Assembly: GCF_009914755.1 (NCBI RefSeq)
Contig: NC_060948.1
Direction: 5' to 3' (one strand)
DNA: 64,000 nt
Origin: the human T2T-CHM13v2.0 reference genome, Homo sapiens
A model generated the notes under the pieces. That model was not told the DNA's origin and did no database searches. It saw only the letters and a list, made by a program, of their open reading frames with translations. The translations under genes and the position numbers were made by a program. Below are positions 1 to 11,742 of the stretch, in pieces (position 1 is the first letter of the stretch; each line of letters begins with the position of its first letter).

Positions 1-1290
1 ATTGACTCAAATGGAATGGACTAGAATGGAATGGATTCGAATGGAAGGCAAAGGAATGGAATCTATTGGAATGGACTGTAATGGAATGGAATGGAAGGGA
101 TTGGAATGGACTCGAATGGAATGGACTGCAATAGAAAGGATTCGAATGGAATGAAAAAGAATTGAATGGAATAGAACAGAATGGAATCAAATCGAATGAA
201 ATGGAATGGAATAGAAAGGAATGGAATGAAATGGAATGGAAAGGATTCGAATGGAATGCAATCGAATGGAATGGAATCGAACGGAATGGAATAAAATGGA
301 AGAAAACTGGCAAGAAATGGAATCGAAATGAATGGAGTGTTATGGAACGGACTCAAAAGGAATTGAATGTAATAGAATGGAGTGGAGTGGACTCGAATAT
401 AATGGACTGGATTGGAATGAAATCACATGGAATGGGAACGAATGGAATGGAATGGAAAGGAATGGAATCGAATGGAAAGGAATCGAATGGAAGAGAATGA
501 AATTGAATCAACAGGAATGGAAGGGAATAGAATAGACGGTAATGGAATGGACTCGAATAGAATGGACACGAATGCTCAAATTGAATGGACTCGAATGGAA
601 TGGAAACGAAAGGAATGTCATCGAATGGAATTGAATCGATTGGAATGAAATCGCATAGAATGGAGTGGAATCAAATGGAATTGAATCGAAAGGAAAGGAA
701 GCGAATGGACTGAAATGAAATGGAATGGAATTGAATGGAAAGTAATGCAATGGAATAGAATGGAACGAAATTTCACGGAATGGAATGAAACTGAATGGAA
801 TCAAATCAATGGAATCTAATCAAGTGGAATGGAAAGGAATTGAATGGAGTAGATTGGATTGGATGGGATTGGAATGAAATGTACTGGAAAGGACTCGAGT
901 TTCATGAAACGGAATGGAATGAATTGGAACGGAATGGACTCGAATGGAATGGAATGTCATGGAATGGCATCAAATGGAATGGCATCAAACGGAATGGAAT
1001 CGAATGCAATGGAATGCTATGGAATGGAATGGAATGCATTGGAATGGAATGTCCTCTAATGGAATGGATTCGAGTGGAATGGAATCGAATATAATGGAGT
1101 CGAATGAAATGGAATTGAAAGGAATGGGATCGAATACAATGGAATATACTGGAATGTAATGTAATGAACTCGAATGTAATTGACTGGAATGGAATGTACA
1201 TGAATGGAATGTAATCGAATGGAAAGTAATCCAATGGAATAGAATCTAATGCAATAAAATCGACTCAGATAGAGTAGAATGTAATGGAAT

Positions 1291-1375
1291 GGAGTGCAGT
1301 GCAAAGGAATGGAATGGAATGGAATGCAATGGAATGGAATGGAATGGAATGGAATGGAATGGGATGGAATGGTAT
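1291..1375 (+). repeat. Near-pure (GGAAT)n microsatellite tract, length-variable between monomers
   Basis: The distance from GGAGTGCAG to GGT(A/G)TG is 80 bp here and 70-115 bp in other units, always in steps of 5. Confidence 0.85.
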
Positions 1376-1725
1376 GGAATGGATCGTAATGGACTGGAGT
1401 GAAATGGACTGGAAATGAATGGAGTCAAATTGAAAGGGCTCGAAAGGAATGGAGTCAAAAGGAATGGTCTGGAATGGAATGAACACGAATGTAATGCAAT
1501 CCAATAGAATGGAATCGAATGGCATGGAATATAAAGAAATGGAATCGAAGAGAATGGAAACAAATGGAATGGAATTGAATGGAATGGAATTGAATGGAAT
1601 GGGAACGAATGGAGTGAAATTGTATGCAGTAGAAGAGAATAGAATGGAATGCAAGCGAAAGGAAAGGAATGGATTGGAATGGAATGGAATTCATTGGAAT
1701 GGAAGGGAATGTAGTGTAATGGACA

Positions 1726-1729
1726 GGCC
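1726..1729. other. Unit-defining HaeIII (GGCC, within StuI AGGCCT) site
   Basis: GGCC at 1726, 5270, 9753, 13302, 16850, 20412, 23956, 27520, 31084, 34668, 38242, 41790, 45338, 48912, 52445, 55998, 59572, 63115. It is lost at 8847-8852 (AGACCT), and an extra site is present at 18284. Confidence 0.9.
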
Positions 1730-2100
1730 TGGAATAAAGTGGAATGCTACGGTCTCAAATGGAATAAAAATATATGGAATGGAATGCAATGAAACGGAAT
1801 CGAATGTCATAGAATGTAATGGAATGCAAAAAAATGGAATCCAAAATCATTGACTGGAAAGGCTGGGTGTCGAAAGGAATTGACTCCAATGGAATGGAAT
1901 CGGATGGAATGGAAGTGAATAGAATCGAACTAAATCGAATGGAATGGAATTGATAGGAACGGAATGGAAAGGAATGCAATGATTTGGCATGGAATGGAAT
2001 CGAATGGCATCGAATGGAATGGAATGGAATGCAATGGAATGGAATGTATTAGAATCTAATGAACTTTAATGGAATGTACTCGAATGGATTCGACTGGAAT

Positions 2101-2115
2101 GGAATGTTCTGGAAG
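2101..2115. promoter_or_regulatory. Perfect 3-unit heat-shock element (HSE-1), recurring once per monomer (e.g. 5645-5659)
   Basis: gGAAt-gTTCt-gGAAg matches the HSF consensus nGAAn nTTCn nGAAn. The motif match is seen directly; function is inferred. Confidence 0.5.
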
Positions 2116-2380
2116 TGAATGGACTCCAATGGAATGGATTCAAAAGGAATGGAGTCGTACGGAATGGAATCTAATGGAATGGAATTAAATGGAAATGAAT
2201 CAAATTGAATAGAACGGAATTGAATTGAATGGAATCGAATGCAATGGAATCTAATGAAACGGAAAGGAAAGGAATGGAATGGAATGGAATGGGCTGGAAT
2301 GGAAAGGAATCGAAACGAATGGAATGGAATCGAACTGAAGAGACTGGAATGGAATGCACTGGAATGGAAGGGAGTGTAAT

Positions 2381-2395
2381 GGAAGGTTCTCGAAA
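2381..2395. promoter_or_regulatory. Perfect 3-unit heat-shock element (HSE-2), recurring once per monomer
   Basis: gGAAg-gTTCt-cGAAa. Disrupted (GTTGT) only at 10408-10422 among the copies inspected. Confidence 0.5.
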
Positions 2396-3401
2396 AAAAT
2401 GGAATCGAATGGAATGGAATTGAGTGGAACGGAATAGAGTCGAATGGAATTGAATGGAATGGAATGGACTAGAGTGAAATGGAATCGAACCACAAGGAAT
2501 GGACAGGAATAGAATGGTCTCGAATTTAATGGAATCGTATGGAATGGCGTCAAAGGGAATGGAATGGACAGCCACGGAATGGAATGCACTCGAATGCAAT
2601 GGAGTCGAAACTAATGGACTGGAATAGAATGGACTCGACTGGTACGGACTCCAATGGAATGGAATCGAATGGAAGGGAATCGAACGGAATGGACTCGAAG
2701 GGAAAAGACTGCAATGGAAAGGTCTCGAATGGAATGGAAATTAATGGAATGGAATGGAATCGAATGAAATGGAGTCAAAAGGAATGGAATCGAATGGCAA
2801 GAAATCGAATGCAATGGAATCGCAAGGAATTGATGTGAACGGAACGGAATGGAATGGAATCCAAAGGAATGGAATAGAATGGAATGGAATCGAATGGAAA
2901 GGACTCGAATGGAAATCACTCGAATAGAATGCAATTTAATAAAATAGGATCAAATGTAATGGAATGGAATGGAAAGGAATCGAAACGAAAGGAATGGAGA
3001 CAGATGGAATGGAATGGAACAGAGAGCAATGGTATAGAATGGAATGGAATCATCTGGAATGGAATTGAATGGAATGGAATAATATGAAATGGAATGGAAT
3101 GGAATGGAATGCCCTTGAATTAAATGGACTGGAATGGAATGGACTCAAACAGAGTGGAATGGAAAGTGTGGAGATAGAATGGAATGAACTCCTTTGGAAT
3201 GGTCTAGTAGACAATGCAATCGACTGGCAGGGAATCAAAAGGAATGTAATCGAATGGATTGGACTGGAATGCAATGGACCCGAATAGATTGGAAACGGAA
3301 TGCAAAGGAATGGAATGGAATAGTATGGAATGGAATGGAAAGGAATGGAGTGGAATAGACTAGAGTGGAATGGAATGGACTGGAAAGCAATGGACTGGAA
3401 T

Positions 3402-3416
3402 GGAACATTCTTGAAT
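3402..3416. promoter_or_regulatory. Perfect 3-unit heat-shock element (HSE-3), recurring once per monomer
   Basis: gGAAc-aTTCt-tGAAt here and gGAAc-tTTCt-tGAAt in the other units. The third unit is disrupted (tGAGt) at 22078-22092. Confidence 0.5.
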
Positions 3417-6400
3417 GGACTGGAATCAAACGGAATGGAATGCAATGCAATCAAACGGCATGGAATAAAATAGAATGAAAGAGAATGAAATGGAATTGAA
3501 TCGAATGGAATCGAATGGATTGGAAAGGAATAGAATGGAATGGAATGGAATTGACTCAAATGGAATGGACTAGAATGGAATGGATTCGAATGGAAGGCAA
3601 AGGAATGGAATCTATTGCAATGGACTGTAATGGAATGGAATGGAAGGGATTGGAATGGACTCGAATGGAATGGACTGCAATAGAAAGGATTCGAATGGAA
3701 TGAAAAAGAATTGAATGGAATAGAACAGAATGGAATCAAATCGAATGAAATGGAATGGAATAGAAAGGAATGGAATGAAATGGAATGGAAAGGATTCGAA
3801 TGGAATGCAATCGAATGGAATGGAATCGAACGGAATGGAATAAAATGGAAGAAAACTGGCAAGAAATGGAATCGAAAGGAATGGAGTGTTATGGAACGGA
3901 CTCAAAAGGAATTGAATGTAATAGAATGGAGTGGAGTGGACTCGAATATAATGGACTGGAATGGAATGAAATCACATGGAATGGGAACGAATGGAATGGA
4001 ATGGAAAGGAATGGAATCGAATGGAAAGGGAACGAATGGAAGGGAATGAAATTGAATCAATAGGAATGGAAGGGAATAGAATAGACGGTAATGGAATGGA
4101 CTCGAATAGAATGGACACGAACGCTCAAATTGAATGGACTCGAATGGAATGGAAACGAAAGGAATGTCATCGAATGGAATTGAATCGATTGGAATGAAAT
4201 CGCATAGAATGGAGTGGAATCAAATGGAATTGAATCGAAAGGAAAGGAAGCCAATGGACTGAAATGAAATGGAATGGAATTGAATGGAAAGTAATGCAAT
4301 GGAATAGAATGGAACGAAATTTCACGGAATGGAATGAAACTGAATGGAATCAAATCAATGGAATCTAATCAAGTGGAATGGAAAGGAATTGAATGGAGTA
4401 GATTGGATTGGATGGGATTGGAATGAAATGTACTGGAAAGGACTCGAATTTCATGAAACGGAATGGAATGAATTGGAACGGAATGGACTCGAATGGAATG
4501 GAATGTCATGGAATGGCATCAAATGGAATGGCATCAAATGGAATGGAATCGAATGCAATGGAATGCTATGGAATGGAATGGAATGCATTGGAATGGAATG
4601 TCCTCTAATGGAATGGATTCGAGTGGAATGGAATCGAATATAATGGAGTCGAATGAAATGGAATTGAAAGGAATGGGATCGAATACAATGGAATATACTG
4701 GAATGTAATGTAATGAACTTGAATGTAATTGACTGGAATGGAATGTACATGAATGGAATGTAATCGAATGGAAAGTAATCCAATGGAATAGAATCTAATG
4801 CAATAAAATCGACTCAGATAGAGTAGAATGTAATGGAATGGAGTGCAGTGCAATGGAATGGAATGGAATGGAATGCAATGGAATGGAATGGAATGGAATG
4901 GAATGGAATGGAATGGTGTGGAATGGATAGTAATGGACTGGAGTGAAATGGACTGGAAATGAATGGAGTCAAATTGAAAGGGCTCGAAAGGAATGGAGTC
5001 AAATGGAATGGTCTGGAATGGAATGAACACGAATGTAATGCAATCCAATAGAACGGAATCGAATGGCATGGAATATAAAGAAATGGAATCGAAGAGAATG
5101 GAAACAAATGGAATGGAATTGAATGGAATGGAATTGAATGGAATGGGAACGAATGGAGTGAAATTGTATGCAGTAGAAGAGAATAGAATGGAATGCAAGC
5201 GAAAGGAAAGGAATGGATTGGAATGGAATGGAATTCATTGGAATGGAAGGGAATGTAGTGTAATGGACAGGCCTGGAATAAAGTGGAATGCTATGGTCTC
5301 GAATGGAATAAAAATGTATGGAATGGAATGCAATGAAACGGAATCGAATGTCATAGAATGTAATGGAATGCAAAAAAATGGAATCCAAAATCATTGACTG
5401 GAAAGGCTGGATGTCGAAAGGAATTGACTCCAATGGAATGGAATCGAATGGAATGGAAGTGAATAGAATCGAACTAAATCGAATGGAATGGAATTGATAG
5501 GAACGGAATGGAAAGGAATGCAATGATTTGGCATGGAATGGAAACGAATGGTATCTAATGGAATGGAATGTAATGTAATGGAATGGAATGTATTAGAATG
5601 TAATGAACTTTAATGGAATGTACTCGAATGGATTCGACTGGAATGGAATGTTCTGGAAGTGAATGGACTCCAATGGAATGGATTCAAACGGAATGGAATC
5701 GTACGGAATGGAATCTAATGGAATGGAATTAAATGGAAATGAATCAAATTGAATAGAACGGAATTGAATTGAATGGAATGGAATGCAATGGAATCTAATG
5801 AAACCGAAAGGAAAGGAATGGAATGGAATGGAATGGGCTGGAATGGAAAGGAATCGAAACGAATGGAATGGAATCGAACTGAAGAGACTGGAATGGAATG
5901 CACTGGAATGGAAGGGAGTGTAATGGAAGGTTCTCGAAAAAAATGGAATCGAATGGAATGGAATTGAGTGGAACGGAATAGAGTCGAATGGAATTGAATG
6001 GAATGGAATGGACTAGAGTGAAATGGAATCGAACCACAAGGAATGGACAGGAATAGAATGGTCTCGAATTGAATGGAATCGTATGGAATGGCATCAAACG
6101 GAATGGAATGGACAGCCACGGAATGGAATGCACTCGAATGCAATGGAGTCGAAACTAATGGACTGGAATAGAATGGACTCGACTGGTACGGACTCCAATG
6201 GAATGGAATCGAATGGAAGGGAATCGAACGGAATGGACTCGAAGGGAAAAGACTGCAATGGAACGGTCTCGAATGGAATGGAAATTAATGGAATGGAATG
6301 GAATCGAATGAAATGGAGTCAAAAGGAATGGAATCGAATGGCAAGAAATCGAATGTAATGGAATCACAAGGAATTGATGTGAACGGAACGGAATGGAATG

Positions 6401-7248
6401 GAATCCAAAGGAATGGAATAGAATGGAATGGAATCGAATGGAAAGGACTCGAATGGAAATCACTCGAATAGAATGCAATTTAATAAAATAGGATCAAATG
6501 TAATGGAATGGAATGGAAAGGAATCGAAACGAAAGGAATGGAGACAGATGGAATGGAATGCAACAGAGAGCAATGGTATAGAATGGAATGGAATCATCTG
6601 GAATGGAATAGAATGGAATGGAATAATATGAAATGGAATGGAATGGAATGGAATGGAATGCCCTTGAATTAAATGGACTGGACTCGAACAGAGTGGAATG
6701 GAAAGTGTTGAGATAGAATGGAATGGACTCTTTGGAATGGTCTAGTATGCAATGCAATCGACTGGCAGGGAATCAAAAGGAATGTAATGGAATGGATTGG
6801 ACTGGAATGCAATGGACTCGAATAGATTGGAAACGGAATGCAAAGGAATGGAATGGAATAGTATGGAATGGAATGGAAAGGAATGGAGTGGAATAGACTA
6901 GAGTGGAATGGAATGGACTGGAAAGCAATGGACTGGAATGGAACTTTCTTGAATGGACTGGAATCAAACGGAATGGAATGCAATGCAATCAAATGGCATG
7001 GAATAAGATAGAATGAAAGAGAATCAAATGGAATTGAATGGAATGGAATCGAATGGATTGGAAAGGAATAGAATGGAATGGAATGGAATTGACTCAAATG
7101 GAATGGACTAGAATGGAATGGATTCGAATGGAAGGCAAAGGAATGGAATCTATTGGAATGGACTGTAATGGAATGGAATGGAAGGGATTGGAATGGACTC
7201 GAATGGAATGGACTGCAATAGAAAGGATTCGAATGGAATGAAAAAGAA

Positions 7249-10200
7249 TTGAATGGAATAGAACAGAATGGAATCAAATCGAATGAAATTGAATGGAATA
7301 GAAAGGAATGGAATGAAATGGAATGGAAAGGATTCGAATGGAATGCAATCGAATGGAATGGAATCGAACGGAATGGAATAAAATGGAAGAAAACTGGCAA
7401 GAAATGGAATCGAAATGAATGGAGTGTTATGGAACGGACTCAAAAGGAATTGAATGTAATAGAATGGAGTGGAGTGGACTCGAATATAATGGACTGGAAT
7501 GGAATGAAATCACATGGAATGGGAACGAATGGAATGGAATGGAAAGGAATGGAATCGAATGGAAAGGAATCGAACGGAAGGGAATGAAATTGAATCAACA
7601 GGAATGGAAGGGAATAGAATAGACGGTAATGGAATGGACTCGAATAGAATGGACACGAATGCTCAAATTGAATGGACTCGAATGGAATGGAAACGAAAGG
7701 TATGTCATCAAATGGAATTGAATCGATTGGAATGAAATCGCATAGAATGGAGTGGAATCAAATGGAATTGAATCGAAAGGAAAGGAAGCGAATGGACTGA
7801 AATGAAATGGAATGGAATTGAATGGAAAGTAATGCAATGGAATAGAATGGAACGAAATTTCACGGAATGGAATCAAACTGAATGGAATCAAATCAATGGA
7901 ATCAAATCAAATGGAATGGAAAGGAATTGAATGGAGTAGATTGGATTGGATGGGATTGGAATGAAATGTACTGGAAAGGACTCGAATTTCATGAAACGGA
8001 ATGGAATGAATTGGAACGGAATGGACTCGAATGGAATGGAATGTCATGGAATGGCATCAAATGGAATGGCATCAAATGGAATGGAATCGAATGCAATGGA
8101 ATGCTATGGAATGGAATGGAATGCATTGGAATGGAATGTCCTCTAATGGAATGGATTCGAGTGGAATGGAATCGAATATAATGGAGACGAATGAAATGGA
8201 ATTGGAAGGAATGGGATCGAATACAATGGAATATACTGGAATGTAATGTAATGAACTAGAATGTAATTGACTGGAATGGAATGTACATGAATGGAATGTA
8301 ATCGAATGGAAAGTAATCCAATGGAATAGAATCTAATGCAATAAAATCGACTCAGATAGAGTAGAATGTAATGGAATGGAGTGCAGTGCAATGGAATGGA
8401 ATGGAATGGAATGGAATGCAATGGAATGGAATGGAATGGAATGGAATGCAATGGAATGGAATGGAATGGAATGGAATGGAATGGGATGGAATGGTATGCA
8501 ATGGATAGTAATGGACTGGAGTGAAATGGACTGGAAAGGAATGGACTCAAATTGAAAGGGCTCGAAAGGAATGGAGACAAATGGAATGGTCTGGAATGGA
8601 ATGAACACGAATGTAATGCAATCCAATAGAATGGAGTCGAATGGCATGGAATATAAAGAAATGGAATCGAAGAGATTGGAAACAAATGGAATGGAATTGA
8701 ATGGAATGGAATTGAATGGAATGGGAACGAATGGAGTGAAATTGTATGCAGTAGAAGAGAATAGAATGGAATGCAAGCGAAAGGAAAGGAATGGATTGGA
8801 ATGGAATGGAATTCATTGGAATGGAAGGGAATGTAGTGTAATGGACAGACCTGGAATAAAGTGGAATGCTACGGTCTCGAATGGAATAAAAATGTATGGA
8901 ATGGAATGCAATGAAACGGAATCGAATGTCATAGAATGTAATGGAATGCAACAAAATGGAATCCAAAATCATTGACTGGAAAGGCTGGGTGTCGATAGGA
9001 ATTGACTGCAATGGAATGGAATCGAATGGAATGGAAGTGAATAGAATCGAACTAAATCGAATGGAATGGAATTGATAGTAACGGAATGGAAAGGAATGCA
9101 ATGATTTGGCATGGAATGGAATCGAATGGCATCGAATGGAATGGAATGGAATGCAATGGAATGGAATGTATTAGAATGTAATGAACTTTAATGGAATGTA
9201 CTCGAATGGAATCGACTGGAATGGAATGTACATGAATGGAATGTAATCGAATGGAAAGTAATCCAATGGAATAGAATCTAATGCAATAAAATCGACTCAG
9301 ATTGAGTATAATGTAATGGAATGGAGTGCAGTGCAATGGAATGGAATGGAATGGAATGCAATGGAATGGAATGGAATGGAATGGAATGGGATGGAATGGT
9401 GTGGAATGGATAGTAATGGACTGGAGTGAAATGGACTGGAAAGGAATGGACTCAAATTGAAAGGGCTTGAAAGGAATGGAGTCAAATGGAATGGTCTGGA
9501 ATGGAGTGAACACGAATGTAATGCAATCCAATAGAATGGAATCGAATGGCATGGAATATAAAGAAATGGAATCGAAGAGAATGGAAACAAATGGAATGGA
9601 ATTGAATGCAATGGAATTGAATGGAATGGGAAGGAATGGAGTGAAATTGTATGCAGTAGAAGAGAATAGAATGGAATGCAAGCGAAAGGAAAGGAATGGA
9701 TTGGAATGGAATGGAATTCATTGGAATGGAAGGGAATGTAGTGTAATGGACAGGCCTGGAATAAAGTGGAATGCTACGGTCTCGAATGGAATAAAAATGT
9801 ATGGAATGGAATGCAATGAAACGGAATCGAATGTCATAGAATGTAATGGAATGCAAAAAAATGGAATCCAAAATCATTGACTGGAAAGGCTGGGTGTCGA
9901 AAGGAATTGACTCCAATGGAATGGAATCGAATGGAATGGAAGTGAATAGAATCGAACTAAATCGAATGGAATGGAATTGATAGGAACGGAATGGAAAGGA
10001 ATGCAATGATTTGGCATGCAATGGAATCGAATGGAATCGAATGGAATGGAATGGAATGCAATGGAACGGAATGTATTAGAATGTAATGAACTTTAATGGA
10101 ATGTACTCGAATGGATTCGACTGGAATGGAATGTTCTGGAAGTGAATGGACTCCAATGGAATGGATTCAAAAGGAATGGAATCGTACGGAATGGAATCTA

Positions 10201-11742
10201 ATGGAATGGAATTAAATGGAAATGAATCAAATTGAATACCACGGAATTGACTTGAATGGAATGGAATGCAATGGAATCTAATGAAACGGAAAGGAAAGGA
10301 ATGGAATGGAATGGAATGGGCTGGAATGGAAAGGAATCGAAACGAATGGAATGGAATCGAACTGAAGAGACTGGAATGGAATGCACTGGAATGGAAGGGA
10401 GTGTACTGGAAGGTTGTCGAAAATAATGGAATCGAATGGAATGGAATTGAATGGAACGGAATAGAGTCGAATGGAATTGAATGGAATGGAATGGACTAGA
10501 GTGAAATGGAATCGAACCACAAGGAATGGACAGGAATAGAATGGTCTCGAATTGAATGGAATCGTATGGAATGGCATCAAACGGAATGGAATGGACAGCC
10601 ACGGAATGGAATGCACTCGAATGCAATGGAGTCGAAACTAATGGACTGGAATAGAATGGAATCGACTGGTACGGACTCCAATGGAATGGAATCGAATGGA
10701 AGGGAATCGAACGGAATGGACTCGAAGGGAAAAGACTGCAATGGAAAGGTCTCGAATGGAATGGAAATTAATGGAATGGAATGGAATCGAATGAAATGGA
10801 GTCAAAAGGAATGGAATCGAATGGCAAGAAATCGAATGTAATGGAATCGCAAGGAATTGATGTGAACGGAACGGAATGGAATGGAATCCAAAGGAATGGA
10901 ATAGAATGGAATGGAATCGAATGGAAAGGACTCGAATGGAAATCACTCGAATAGAATGCAATTTAATAAAATAGGATCAAATGTAATGGAATGGAATGGA
11001 AAGGAATCGAAACGAAAGGAATGGAGACAGATGGAATGGAATGGAACAGAGAGCAATGGTATAGAATGGAATGGAATCATCTGGAATGGAATTGAATGGA
11101 ATGGAATAATATGAAATGGAATGGAATGGAATGGAATGGAATGCCCTTGAATTAAATGGACTGGAATGGACTGGACTCGAACGGAGTGGAATGGAAAGTG
11201 TTGAGATAGAATGGAATGGACTCCTTTGGAATGGTGTAGTATGCAATGCAATCGACTGGCAGGGAATCAAAAGGAATGTAATCGAATGGATTGGACTGGA
11301 ATGCAATGGACTCGAATAGATTGGAAACGGAATGCAAAAGAATGGAATGGAATAGTATGGAATGGAATGGAAAGGAATGGAGTGGAATAGACTAGAGTGG
11401 AATGGAATGGACTGGAAAGCAATGGAATGGAATGGAACTTTCTTGAATGGACTGGAATCAAACGGAATGGAATGCAATGCAATCAAATGGCATGGAATAA
11501 AATAGAATGAAAGAGAATCAAATGGAATTGAATCGAATGGAATCGAATGGATTGGAGAGGAATAGAATGGAATGGAATGGAATTGACTCAAATGGAATGG
11601 ACTAGAATGGAATGGATTCGAATGGAAGGCAAAGGAATGGAATCTATTGGAATGGACTGTAATGGAATGGAATGGAAGGGATTGGAATGGACTCGAATGG
11701 AATGGACTGCAATAGAAAGGATTCGAATGGAATGAAAAAGAA
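7249..11742 (+). repeat. Structural-variant DYZ1 unit of 4494 bp containing an internal tandem duplication
   Basis: Period 4494 = 3549 + 945. EcoRI GAATTC appears at both 8809 and 9714, and GGCTGGGTGTCG appears twice (~8983 and ~9888). Confidence 0.93.
8269..10118 (+). repeat. Internal tandem duplication: copy A 8269-9213 (945 bp), copy B 9214-10118 (905 bp)
   Basis: After ...GAACTTTAATGGAATGTACTCGAATGG (9183-9209) the sequence resumes at GACTGGAATGGAATGTACATGAATGG, as at 8269, instead of the normal ...GTTCTGGAAGTG. The normal continuation appears only at 10119 onward. Confidence 0.92.

Larger units (their letters stand above)
162..3710 (+). repeat. Representative ~3.55 kb DYZ1 monomer (3549 bp; phase arbitrary)
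   Basis: Unique landmarks occur once per period: AAGAAAACTGGCAAG (~300), GTCCTCTAA (1051), GAATTC (1687), AGGCCT (1725), GGCTGGGTGTCG (1861), GACAGCCACG (~2567), GCCCTTG (3111). 3549 bp is the modal period. Confidence 0.93.

Noticed and set aside
812-872. DUX4-like motifs (GAATCTAATCA; AGATTGGATTG)
   Set aside because: They have 1-2 mismatches to TAAYYYAATCA and are polymorphic between units, and DUX4 binding is established for HSATII rather than this family. Too weak to call.
766-910. Additional HSE-like sites (cGAAatTTCac; tTTCatGAAa)
   Set aside because: Only two inverted units each, below the three-unit canonical HSE.
290-3470. About six AATAAA hexamers per unit on the + strand (~290, 1253, 1733, 1763, 2938, 3464)
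   Set aside because: Easily generated from GAAT-GGAAT by G->A changes in an A-rich strand. No downstream GU-rich elements or transcript evidence.
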